Assembly: GCA_048938105.1 (NCBI GenBank)
Contig: JBHLMN010000002.1
Coordinates: forward strand, 320,001-384,000
Length of the DNA stretch: 64,000 bases
Direction: 5' to 3'
Source of the DNA: Promethearchaeota archaeon
GTDB lineage: Archaea; Asgardarchaeota; Heimdallarchaeia; Hodarchaeales; Hodarchaeaceae
The notes beneath the pieces are model-generated. The model searched no databases. It was not told where the DNA came from and saw only the letters and a list, made by a program, of their open reading frames with translations. Shown piece after piece: positions 1-8,966 of this stretch (within the stretch, counting starts at the first letter, position 1; every line of letters starts with the position of its first letter). The translations under genes were made by a program, and so were the position numbers.

Positions 1-244
1 GTCGTTGATCAGTTTTTTGGAACAAGACAGTTTCATGTGGACTAGATGATAAAATGGTAGTTGCCTTAGTTTTTCTTAATATTGCTGAATCTTTATGAGT
101 AGGATCTAGGTCGAATCTATGACTCATAAATTTAATTATTGCAACTTTAAACCCCTTTTCTTCTAAAATGTCAGTTATGTTTGTTGTTGTCGTCGTCTTA
201 CCTGTATTTCTACTACCTACTATTCCAACAATATATTTTACCAT
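1..244 (-). CDS. mobB: Molybdopterin-guanine dinucleotide biosynthesis protein MobB (partial, runs off window start)
   Basis: Not in the ORF track. Manual translation from ATG 244 gives MVKYIVGIVGSRNTGKTTTTTNITDILEKKGFKVAIIKFMSHRFDLDPTHKDSAILRK: N-terminal P-loop followed by the G.kVa.iK..H.fd.D...kDs pattern typical of MobB. Confidence 0.75.
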   Translation of the reverse strand, partial: MVKYIVGIVGSRNTGKTTTTTNITDILEEKGFKVAIIKFMSHRFDLDPTHKDSAILRKTKATTILSSSPHETVLFQKTDQR

Positions 245-286
245 TTTTCTGAGTTCCAAGCTGTAGGAAAATTATATATCAAAGCT

Positions 287-655
287 TTAGATTACATAAA
301 TTAGTAGGTAGATTATCACGCCTCCAAATGTAATTAAGCCACCCAACGTACCTCCAAGGATTGCTAATAATGCAGATAGGATCATCCAAACAATTGTATC
401 CTCTGCATGAGGTTTTTGATGAATAGTGACAATAAGAATGGCAATACCGCAGACAACAGTTAAGACACCCCATAACATATTAACTTCGGAAGGAATGGAA
501 ATAAAGTTTGGTAATATTGCGTTTATCGGTGTTGTTTGATTAACCAGAGCTACAATTCCCAGAAGGATCATAATCACACCCCCAATGGCTGTAAGAAGTA
601 CTCCAACTATCATCCCATATCGGTGCCACTTTGATTTATACCTACTTTTTGGCAA
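287..655 (-). CDS. Small membrane protein (3-4 TM), unknown function
   Basis: 122-aa ORF with hydrophobic Gly-rich helices; co-oriented with mobB. Confidence 0.7.
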   Translation of the reverse strand: MPKSRYKSKWHRYGMIVGVLLTAIGGVIMILLGIVALVNQTTPINAILPNFISIPSEVNMLWGVLTVVCGIAILIVTIHQKPHAEDTIVWMILSALLAILGGTLGGLITFGGVIIYLLIYVI

Positions 656-777
656 TTCTGTATTCCTCTATTCTCTTACCCTAGATAAGTAAGTTCATGT
701 TAAGAAAACCAAATTTGCTAATTTCTAATTATTTATAGATAATTTCAAAAGTACTCTAAGATTCTTTCTTTCTCACA

Positions 778-1224
778 ATGAATTCTGATACACGAACTTC
801 TTGGGAAAACTATTTTATGAAGATTGCCCAACAGGTAGCCACGAGATCCACTTGCGATCGAAAACATATTGGTGCGGTGATTGTAAGGGATAAGACGATC
901 CTCTCAACAGGATATAATGGTTCTATTCGAAATCTACCACATTGTGATGATGTTGGTCATATGATGGAAAATGGGCATTGTGTTCGTACAGTGCATGCAG
1001 AAGCTAATGCTATAGCACAAGCAGCTAAAAATGGAGTTAATGTGAATCAATCCGAGATCTATATAACTGCGTCCCCCTGTTGGACATGTTTTAAGCTATT
1101 AGCTAATGCGGGGATCATTAAAGTTATTTTCGGAGAGTTCTATAAAGACGAGAGGATATTTGAAGCTGCAAAACTTGCTCATATCAAGTTGAAACACCTT
1201 GAAGTAGTAACAGAGGATAAGTAA
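778..1224 (+). CDS. dCMP deaminase (ComEB/cytidine deaminase family)
   Basis: RSTC, TGYNG, HAE(ANA) and PCxxC zinc-binding motifs. Confidence 0.92.
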   Translation: MNSDTRTSWENYFMKIAQQVATRSTCDRKHIGAVIVRDKTILSTGYNGSIRNLPHCDDVGHMMENGHCVRTVHAEANAIAQAAKNGVNVNQSEIYITASPCWTCFKLLANAGIIKVIFGEFYKDERIFEAAKLAHIKLKHLEVVTEDK

Positions 1225-1354
1225 CTAATTTCTGATGTTGGGTGTAAGATTCATTACATCATGTATCTAGTAGATTATGCTCCCACTATAATAAAAAATG
1301 AGAAGAAAGAAAAATCCTAAATCGTGTATTATTTTTTAAACGCTAAACCCAACT

Positions 1355-1726
1355 TTATTGAACGTTATATCTTTGAAAATATTGAGTTCTAACACGTTTT
1401 AACCGTTTTTTTCGTTCTCTGCTTTTCTTAACAACAGTTCTTCTTTTCTGCTTTTTAACCATATTTTTTTTAGATGAATGAGTAGATAAATTACTTGAAT
1501 GTGATCGTTTAGTTTTATTTTTAGGATATTTCTTGTTTTTCTTCTCTATTTGGGTATTTCTCGAGGATTTTGTGATAAGCGGGGCCTTCTTGAGTGAAAC
1601 AGAGGCAAGTTGCCGCTTTTTCTTCTCCATGATCTTTCTTGTTTTTTCTTCTTCTTCCTCGAAATATTTTGTTGCGATATCTATTTCTGTGCGACCCCGT
1701 TTATTTCTTCTTGAATGAATTGTCAA
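1355..1726 (-). CDS. Highly basic Lys/Arg-rich low-complexity protein
   Basis: Track ORF is 1355..1741; an AGGTGA Shine-Dalgarno favours the TTG at 1726 (MTIHSRRNKRGR...). Confidence 0.6.
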   Translation of the reverse strand: MTIHSRRNKRGRTEIDIATKYFEEEEEKTRKIMEKKKRQLASVSLKKAPLITKSSRNTQIEKKNKKYPKNKTKRSHSSNLSTHSSKKNMVKKQKRRTVVKKSRERKKRLKRVRTQYFQRYNVQ

Positions 1727-1745
1727 TGAAATCACCTGCAATCAA

Positions 1746-1779
1746 TATCGAGACTGCATATATATCCGTTGTCTCGATA
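1746..1779. promoter_or_regulatory. 9-bp perfect inverted repeat (TATCGAGAC-16nt-GTCTCGATA) in the leader of the basic-protein gene
   Basis: Read directly from the sequence; function unknown. Confidence 0.4.
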
Positions 1780-2176
1780 GTAGTTCCTTGTACGTCCCTA
1801 ATCAGCTCAGAAGCGTCTCAGAGTCCTTCTACTTTCCTTCCATGTATAAAGTAATGGGAAATCTTGTTATTGTATAACATGGTGAGGTTTATGTTATTGC
1901 TCTATCAACGATTTACGGGTCTGAATAAGTTCATATAAGTTATATTCATTTTTCTAAATACATTTATTGTTTGCTGTTAAACCTAAACTAGTGGTATCTT
2001 ATAAGTTTAGTCATTCATTCAGCGTATCACACATCTTTCTAAATTTGAAAGCTAAAACAATATGGTGATACTTCTTGTACCACCGTGATCTCTAGATTTT
2101 TAAGCTTATCCTTTTAAAAACCGGGATAGAAAATTTTTGAAGCAGAAAAAGTAAGCTATCTTTTGTTGGGTCGTGA

Positions 2177-2905
2177 ATGACTAATTTTAATGTTATTTTT
2201 TTTAATGCTGGAGGGACACTGATTCAATTGAAGAATACTACAATTCCTATCCTTTATTCAGAATTCCTTTCACGGAAAGGTAAACAGGTTTCACCTGAGG
2301 AGGTTTATCAAGCCTTCAGAAAAGCTGAGTCTTGGATACTTTCACGAAAAAGACCAGGAGCACTATTTACTGACTTAGATCAACGAAAATACCAAAATGT
2401 ATTTTACAATCAGCTTGGTATAAGGAAGAGAAACCAAATCAATCAAATAGAGAAGCTTATTGCTGAGAATCTCGAATTAAAGTTCTCTCTTGAAAAAGAT
2501 GCTCTGAGAATTCTTCGTTACTTGAAATCAAGTTACCAGCTTGGAATTATCTCAAACTGGGATGAATCATTAATAGAAATTTTGGATGATCTAGCGATAC
2601 TAGATTATTTTGACTCAATTACTTTTTCTGGGGAAGTTGGTGTAAATAAACCTGATCTTGAGATTTTCAGATCTGCTCTTGAGGAGTTTCCTAATGTTAA
2701 ACCAAAGGAAACAGCTTATATTGGGGATGATTACATAACTGATATTATTCCCGCTCAAAAGTTGAAGATGTTTGCAATTTTGTTCGATAAAGGGCCTTCA
2801 GGAATGCATGGCCGACCTTTTCAAACTGATGTGAAATGTACTATAATCAGAGAATTAGCTGAATTGCCCGAAATTCTAAATAAACACGTTACAGTCCATA
2901 AATAA
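2177..2905 (+). CDS. HAD-superfamily hydrolase (subfamily IA); motif I Asp replaced by Asn
   Basis: FFNAGGTL (motif I), ISNWD, KPD, YIGDDYITD. Confidence 0.85.
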   Translation: MTNFNVIFFNAGGTLIQLKNTTIPILYSEFLSRKGKQVSPEEVYQAFRKAESWILSRKRPGALFTDLDQRKYQNVFYNQLGIRKRNQINQIEKLIAENLELKFSLEKDALRILRYLKSSYQLGIISNWDESLIEILDDLAILDYFDSITFSGEVGVNKPDLEIFRSALEEFPNVKPKETAYIGDDYITDIIPAQKLKMFAILFDKGPSGMHGRPFQTDVKCTIIRELAELPEILNKHVTVHK

Positions 2906-3000
2906 GTAAATTTAATGGAAATGGTTAAAAGGGTAAATACATTTATTTAATAAAACAGTTTTTTTTAGAATAATAAATCCCGTTATTAGAGGGAAAAATT

Positions 3001-5190
3001 ATGTATAGCGATCTATCACCTCAGACACAATCACTAATTCCAGGAAAAACTGGACATCTTTTTTCTGTAATGCGAGTAGCATCCTTTCATCACTCTCCAC
3101 GATTTGCTTCTTGCTCTTTTGATGGAACTGTAAGAATATGGGATGATGATAAACAGGAGAAGGTTCTTTTCTTTTTCTCAGAGGCTATTGAAGGGCTTTC
3201 AATAACTCCTGACGATAAAAACATTATTGTAATTCTTGGAGATTCTTCAAAAGCTTTTCTTTATAATCTACAGAGTGAACAGACGCATGAAATCGGTGGT
3301 GATATTGCATTTCGGAATATTTTCGGAACAAATCCAAGTAGTACCAAAGTTGCTATCGCTACCTTCAATGATGATGTCTATATATATCACCTTACCTCTC
3401 AGAAGTTAGGATCACATATTTTTGTTGAAAATATGTCTGGAAATTCTCTAATCTGGATAAATGATGATATTTTCTGTATTCCCAAGAGAGATGGTAGTGT
3501 TGTATTAATTAGTAGCGAGAAACGGAAGATTAAACAGGAAATTCCAGTACATGATGGGCTGATAACTTCTATTTGTAGAGACGGGGAGAGTATTGTGACT
3601 GTATCCGAAGATAGGACTGGTAAAATCTCGGATTTGGATTTCAATCCACAATTTGGGTTTAAGATCGACTTCACACCCCTTTCAGTAGATTACAGTGCAC
3701 AAGCGGGAATAGTTGTGGTAGCAGGCGAGAGAAAAATGCTTATTGTCAATACAAATACTGGAGAGCTATTAAGTCATGATCATAGTCTATCTGTTTGTAA
3801 TGCTGTTATTACTCTAGATTCCAAAATTATTAAAGGAACTGGAGAGCGAGATATTTTTATTTACTCTACCACAGGAGAAAAAATATCTCAAATTAAGGGT
3901 CATTCCAATACAGCAGAATTTGTTTCCTTTTTGGGAGATAATATGCTTATTTATGCTTCAGGAGACAAACAAGTACATTATTTAAACTATTCAACAGGTC
4001 AAGATCAAACCTTAGCAGAACATAAAGAAACTGTTTCTTCTGTTCTGTACATTCCATCCCAGAATTTTGTAATTGCAGGAGCATATGATGATACAATCAG
4101 CATATGGGATCTTACAAACCACTCAGAGATTAAACGGATCAAAAAAGTTCCATTAGTCACAGGATTAGCATACTCTCCCTCTGAAGATATCTTTGTCGCA
4201 GCGTGTAGTGGAGATTATTCTTTACATGTTTTTACAATAGAGGGTAAAAAACTAACAACTTGGGCTGCTCATGACGATTTCATAAGTTCAGTCTTCTTCA
4301 TGAATGATGAAGTCATTATTTCTGGGAGCGACGATGGATTCATAAAGTTTTGGAAGCGAAATGGAAAATTAATAAGCTCAGTTGAAACTAAATCAGCAAT
4401 AAAATCGATTGGAACAACGTTGGAATTCGATTATAATGTAACTGGTCATGCAAACGGTGATCTAATCTTTTGGGAGAAAATCTCAAATCGTAAAATAACA
4501 AGTCATAAAGCTGGTGCTCTAATCCAACGAATAAACGTCATTAATAATTCTCTCTTACTTTTTGCAGCTCAAAATCGTTTATACCTCATGCAAATGGATG
4601 GACATCATATAACTAATGTCCAAGAAGTATGTAAGCATACTGAACCTATCCGAGGAATATATAGGCAAGAAAAACCAGAGAAAATCATCACTGTAGCCCA
4701 CAGTGCTGAAATTTATGAAACAACTTTTGTTTCGGAAAGTGAGCTGGTTCCTCCTCCAGCTGCAGAAATAATAGAAGAGAAAATAATTAAACCATCTTCG
4801 ACCGTTATTTTCGCCCCAGGAGCAGTGGAAGAGGATTTTGAAGTATTAGAAACAAGGGATATTCCACTGATTGATGTTGAACCAAGACAAGTAGTGTCTG
4901 AGGTACCTGAAGCTATTTTATCAGTTGATGTTAATCATCTAATGAAAATTTCTGAGTATCTAACACAAGTTACCCAGCAAATCAAAGAACTTGTTGTACC
5001 AGAATTAAAATCCTTTAGAATTGACACTAGTGCTTTAGAAAAATCACTTGAAGATGTACAAAAGAATATTAAGAATCGATTAGCAGAATACAGTGAAGAC
5101 GAGAAAGAAATTGAAGAAAAAACTGATGGAACAGTCCCCCGAGAGAAAAAAGACTGGACTAGTATTGATTGGGGAAAACGAAAACATTAA
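3001..5190 (+). CDS. WD40-repeat beta-propeller protein (likely two propellers) with acidic linker and C-terminal helix
   Basis: Repeats such as SCSFDGTVRIWD, AGAYDDTISIWD, SGSDDGFIKFWK over about 575 aa. Confidence 0.85.
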   Translation: MYSDLSPQTQSLIPGKTGHLFSVMRVASFHHSPRFASCSFDGTVRIWDDDKQEKVLFFFSEAIEGLSITPDDKNIIVILGDSSKAFLYNLQSEQTHEIGGDIAFRNIFGTNPSSTKVAIATFNDDVYIYHLTSQKLGSHIFVENMSGNSLIWINDDIFCIPKRDGSVVLISSEKRKIKQEIPVHDGLITSICRDGESIVTVSEDRTGKISDLDFNPQFGFKIDFTPLSVDYSAQAGIVVVAGERKMLIVNTNTGELLSHDHSLSVCNAVITLDSKIIKGTGERDIFIYSTTGEKISQIKGHSNTAEFVSFLGDNMLIYASGDKQVHYLNYSTGQDQTLAEHKETVSSVLYIPSQNFVIAGAYDDTISIWDLTNHSEIKRIKKVPLVTGLAYSPSEDIFVAACSGDYSLHVFTIEGKKLTTWAAHDDFISSVFFMNDEVIISGSDDGFIKFWKRNGKLISSVETKSAIKSIGTTLEFDYNVTGHANGDLIFWEKISNRKITSHKAGALIQRINVINNSLLLFAAQNRLYLMQMDGHHITNVQEVCKHTEPIRGIYRQEKPEKIITVAHSAEIYETTFVSESELVPPPAAEIIEEKIIKPSSTVIFAPGAVEEDFEVLETRDIPLIDVEPRQVVSEVPEAILSVDVNHLMKISEYLTQVTQQIKELVVPELKSFRIDTSALEKSLEDVQKNIKNRLAEYSEDEKEIEEKTDGTVPREKKDWTSIDWGKRKH

Positions 5191-5317
5191 TAGTTCTCTA
5201 AGAGAGAAACAATATCCAAGTTATTTCCTTAGTATGCAAATGCTTTATGAGTATCAATGGAAAATTAAAGATTAAAATCTTCTAAAACGAAAAAGAAAAT
5301 CAATAGGAAGCTTTGAT

Positions 5318-6553
5318 ATGGAAGAGAGTCCAAGCATCTCTGAAGAATTAAATGAGACGACAGCTATTCCACTAGATCAGCCCCCTGAAAGCAAAATGAA
5401 ACGTTTAGGGGAGTATATGAAAGAGACATTGAAAGAAATGTTCCATACCCTTAGACATCCCGAATTTAAATTTGCAATTTCTGGAATAGTCATCACAGTC
5501 GTATTGATCTTGGTTTCGATATGGTTTCTTATTCATAGAGGAGTTGATCCCAATGCAGAACAACCAATAGATCCTATGAACATGAATCTAATCGGTATCC
5601 TAGTAGGAATAGTTGTTGCATTTATGGTAATCTACGTTTGGTTTTTGTTAGGTTTTAAAATCACACCTAAGGCTGGCCACTATTTAGTAGATAATAAAAT
5701 CTTAAAACTGTTCTTTACAAGAGGAGATGTTCATTACCTCGAATATGTTCCTGTAGAGAAAAGGAAAATTGCAATGCCTAATATTTTAAATAAATTCATT
5801 GCTTTAGTTCTCGCTTGGGTGTCTGTTTCGGCGTTCATAATGAACATGTTAGCTGCATTCTTAACCGAGGGAGATCCCTCTAAATTTATTACTCCTGGAG
5901 ATGATATACTTTTCTTTATCTTACAACAAGTCATTTTATTTATATTGGTTCCATTAATTTTTACATTGATTTATCCACTTGCATGGATGTTGATAGACGC
6001 TAAATTGAAAGCTTATAATTCTGCAACTAAACTTAATTGGTTAGTAGGAAAAAAAGTGGGAAATCTGACTGGAGGATTTATCACTATCGGTTCATTATTT
6101 GTTTTGGGAGCCGATGCATTATCAGCTCCTGATATTCAGGTACGAGCTGAATTATTGATTAATCTTGTTTTATTTTGTTTGATAAATATTTCTTTGACAG
6201 TTATTCTTATTTCTCTGTTCTATAACATTTTTTTCTATGGAAAATTTTATCAAAGAATAATCGAGGATGTAGAAGTTGGTTTTGGTGTCACTTCAGTCAC
6301 ATTAGTTGATAAGAGTGGAGAACCACTGCCAGAGGAACCCGAACCTGCACCCGAGCCTGAGGTTATTCCTGAACCAGAGGAACCTGAACCTACACCTGAA
6401 CCTGAAGTTATTCCTGAACCAGAGGAACCTGAACCTACACCTGAACCTGAGGTTATTTCTGAACCAGAGGAACCTGAACCTACACCTGAACCTGAGGTTA
6501 TTCCTGAACCAGAGGAACCCGAACCTAAATCTTTTATATCAGAAGAGGAGTAA
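5318..6553 (+). CDS. Multi-pass membrane protein with Pro/Glu-rich repetitive C-terminal tail
   Basis: About 6 hydrophobic segments followed by (PEEPEPTPEPEVIPE)n. Confidence 0.8.
   Translation: MEESPSISEELNETTAIPLDQPPESKMKRLGEYMKETLKEMFHTLRHPEFKFAISGIVITVVLILVSIWFLIHRGVDPNAEQPIDPMNMNLIGILVGIVVAFMVIYVWFLLGFKITPKAGHYLVDNKILKLFFTRGDVHYLEYVPVEKRKIAMPNILNKFIALVLAWVSVSAFIMNMLAAFLTEGDPSKFITPGDDILFFILQQVILFILVPLIFTLIYPLAWMLIDAKLKAYNSATKLNWLVGKKVGNLTGGFITIGSLFVLGADALSAPDIQVRAELLINLVLFCLINISLTVILISLFYNIFFYGKFYQRIIEDVEVGFGVTSVTLVDKSGEPLPEEPEPAPEPEVIPEPEEPEPTPEPEVIPEPEEPEPTPEPEVISEPEEPEPTPEPEVIPEPEEPEPKSFISEEE
6329..6526 (+). repeat. Coding tandem repeat, 45-bp unit x ~4.4
   Basis: Unit ccagaggaacctgaacctacacctgaacctgaggttattcctgaa repeated with few substitutions. 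Confidence 0.92.
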
Positions 6554-6563
6554 AGTATTTACT

Positions 6564-8189
6564 TCATTCTTCCCTTTTTCTAATATGATTTTCCAAACAG
6601 CTTTGAACAAAAGCTTTGAACAGGGGAGCTGGTTGTTCAAAACGTGATAAAAATTCGGGATGAAATTGTGTTCCAATAAAGAATGGGTGATCTGGCAGCT
6701 CTCCAATATGAACAACAGAACCATCAGTAGACATTCCTGAGAATGTAAAACCTTTCGTAGCTATCTGAGAAACATAATCAGGATTGATTTCATATCGGTG
6801 TCGAAAACGCTCTTTTGTCTCATCCTTGCCATATATGGTATGCACTCGAGTTCGTTTTCTAATTTTCACAGGATATAGTCCAAGTCGCATCGTTCCTCCC
6901 TTGCGATAAATTGTACGTTGTGAAGGTAAAAGATCAATCACAGGATAAGGAGTATCTGGATCGAATTCTGTTGAATTAGCATTTTCAAGGCCACAAATAT
7001 TTCTCGCAAACTCAATAACAGCACACTGAAGCCCTAAACAGATTCCTAAGAAAGGTAATTCATTCTCCCGCAGTCTTGTGATCAAGGAAATCTTTCCCTC
7101 GATACCCCGATATCCAAAGCCTCCAGGAATAATAATACCATCACAAGTTTTGATATGGTGATCCAAGTCCTTAGTAGTTATATTTGTTGTTTCAATAAAT
7201 ACTGGATTTACTTTTACACCTAAATGAGCTCCTGCGTGAGTCAGTGCTTTAGCAATTGAGACATAAGCATCTCCGAGTGCTGTGTATTTGCCACCAACAC
7301 CAACAATCACATTTCCAATTGGCTTCTTGATCTTATCTAGAAGATCTCTCCAAATCGAAAGTGAAGGTAATCTTTTAGGGCCCATCTGCAATTTCTTGAA
7401 TACACTTGCTAGAATTTCTTCTTCCAATAATTGAAAGGGGTACTCATAGATTATTTGGACATCGTGTCCACTAATGACATCGGACACAGAAACATTGCAG
7501 AACATGGCAACTTTTTGGCGTACATCTGGATTTAATGGCTTTTCAGAGCGGCAAAGGAGAACATCGGGTTGTATTCCCATCCCTTGTAAGGTTTTAACAC
7601 TTGCCTGAGTTGGTTTTGTTTTTTGTTCTCCCACTACTTTTAGGAACGGAATAAGTGTTACATGAACCCAGCAAACATCTGATTTGTCACAACTTAACGC
7701 CAATTGCCGCAGAGCTTCAATAAAATATGCGTTCTCAATATCTCCAATTGTTCCACCTACTTCAACCAGCGTTATATCAACAACATCGTCTTTCTGGCGT
7801 ATCCACGAAATTATTTCGTTTGTGACATGGGGGATAAACTGAATATCTTGGCCGAGGAACTCTCCTTGCCTTTCTTTTTCAATTATATTTCGGAAGATTT
7901 GGCCCCCGGTTAGAGAAGACCAAGAATCAAGTGAAATATTAAGAAATCTCTCATATGTACCAAGATCCATGTCAGTTTCAGTACCATCATCAAGAACAAA
8001 TACTTCCCCGTGTTTGAAAGGATTTATTGTACCAGCATCTACGTTTAAATATCCATCGAATTTGATCGGACAAACAGAGTAACCAGAACTACTCAGGAGC
8101 TTCGCGAGAGAGGCAGCTAATAGTCCTTTACCTAAACCACTCATTACTCCTCCTGTTACAATAATGTATTTGTTACTTATTCTAATCAC
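6564..8189 (-). CDS. pyrG: CTP synthase
   Basis: TGGVMSGLGKG, DGYLNVDAGT, KTKPTQ, GICLGLQ and QFHPEF motifs. Confidence 0.98.
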   Translation of the reverse strand: MIRISNKYIIVTGGVMSGLGKGLLAASLAKLLSSSGYSVCPIKFDGYLNVDAGTINPFKHGEVFVLDDGTETDMDLGTYERFLNISLDSWSSLTGGQIFRNIIEKERQGEFLGQDIQFIPHVTNEIISWIRQKDDVVDITLVEVGGTIGDIENAYFIEALRQLALSCDKSDVCWVHVTLIPFLKVVGEQKTKPTQASVKTLQGMGIQPDVLLCRSEKPLNPDVRQKVAMFCNVSVSDVISGHDVQIIYEYPFQLLEEEILASVFKKLQMGPKRLPSLSIWRDLLDKIKKPIGNVIVGVGGKYTALGDAYVSIAKALTHAGAHLGVKVNPVFIETTNITTKDLDHHIKTCDGIIIPGGFGYRGIEGKISLITRLRENELPFLGICLGLQCAVIEFARNICGLENANSTEFDPDTPYPVIDLLPSQRTIYRKGGTMRLGLYPVKIRKRTRVHTIYGKDETKERFRHRYEINPDYVSQIATKGFTFSGMSTDGSVVHIGELPDHPFFIGTQFHPEFLSRFEQPAPLFKAFVQSCLENHIRKREE

Positions 8190-8387
8190 CCATAGAGCTA
8201 TTTCAATATTCCTACTATTTTAGTTCGTCCTCTAGCTAGTAAATCTAAAGATTTTTGCGAGATACAATTATTTGAATCATCTAAGAAGTCATAGGAATAA
8301 CATATTATAAAGTAATAATAACCTAAAATATCTACTGTTTACATTATCATTTATAGCTTTGAAGTTCCCCTATTTCTAAGGTATGGA

Positions 8388-8930
8388 ATGAAAATGAATC
8401 GAATGAAAGAACTTCATGATCCAACTGTTGCATGGTTTCCAGCTCCAGTTGTCTTGGTCTCCTGTACCAATGAAAAGACAACGAATATAATAACAATTGC
8501 GTGGACAGGTGTTGTATGTTCTCGCCCACCGTTGATTTCTGTGTCCATTCGGCCATCAAGATATAGTCATGAATTAATTTCTGACAGCAGAGAATTCGTT
8601 GTGAATATTCCTACAATAAAGCAATTAGAAGGCGTTAAATTATGTGGAACCAAAACTGGAAGAGATATGAATAAGTGGCATGCGTGCGGATTTACTCCTG
8701 AAAAAGCAATCAAGGTTTCAGTACCACTTATACGCGAGTGTCCTGTTAATGTTGAATGCAAAGTTGTAAAAACTCTTCCTGATATGGGAACACATACAAT
8801 ATTTATTGGGGAGGTGCAGGCAATACATGTTGACCCCCAACTCAATTCAATCTTAGATGTTGCACCGTTATGTTACTCACCTAAATCAGGAATTTTTGGA
8901 AAATCTCTAGCGCTCAGAGAAGAAATTTAA
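8388..8930 (+). CDS. Flavin reductase family protein (flavoredoxin-like)
   Basis: PAPVVLVS, NIITIAW, EFVVNIP, ECPVNVEC, GTHTIFIGEV. Confidence 0.9.
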   Translation: MKMNRMKELHDPTVAWFPAPVVLVSCTNEKTTNIITIAWTGVVCSRPPLISVSIRPSRYSHELISDSREFVVNIPTIKQLEGVKLCGTKTGRDMNKWHACGFTPEKAIKVSVPLIRECPVNVECKVVKTLPDMGTHTIFIGEVQAIHVDPQLNSILDVAPLCYSPKSGIFGKSLALREEI

Positions 8931-8966
8931 ACAAGTAAAAGAAATTTCTACAAGAGTATTGGAGAA

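Noticed and set aside
1701-1880. Minus-strand frame from ATG 1880 with one in-frame TGA (possible selenoprotein)
   Set aside because: No redox-motif context around the TGA, no recognisable family and no SECIS-like element seen; overlaps the better-supported basic ORF.
6329-6526. Tandem repeats as a possible CRISPR array
   Set aside because: Units are contiguous with no unique spacers, are a multiple of 3 and lie in frame within a CDS; no cas genes. The same applies to 36516-36680.
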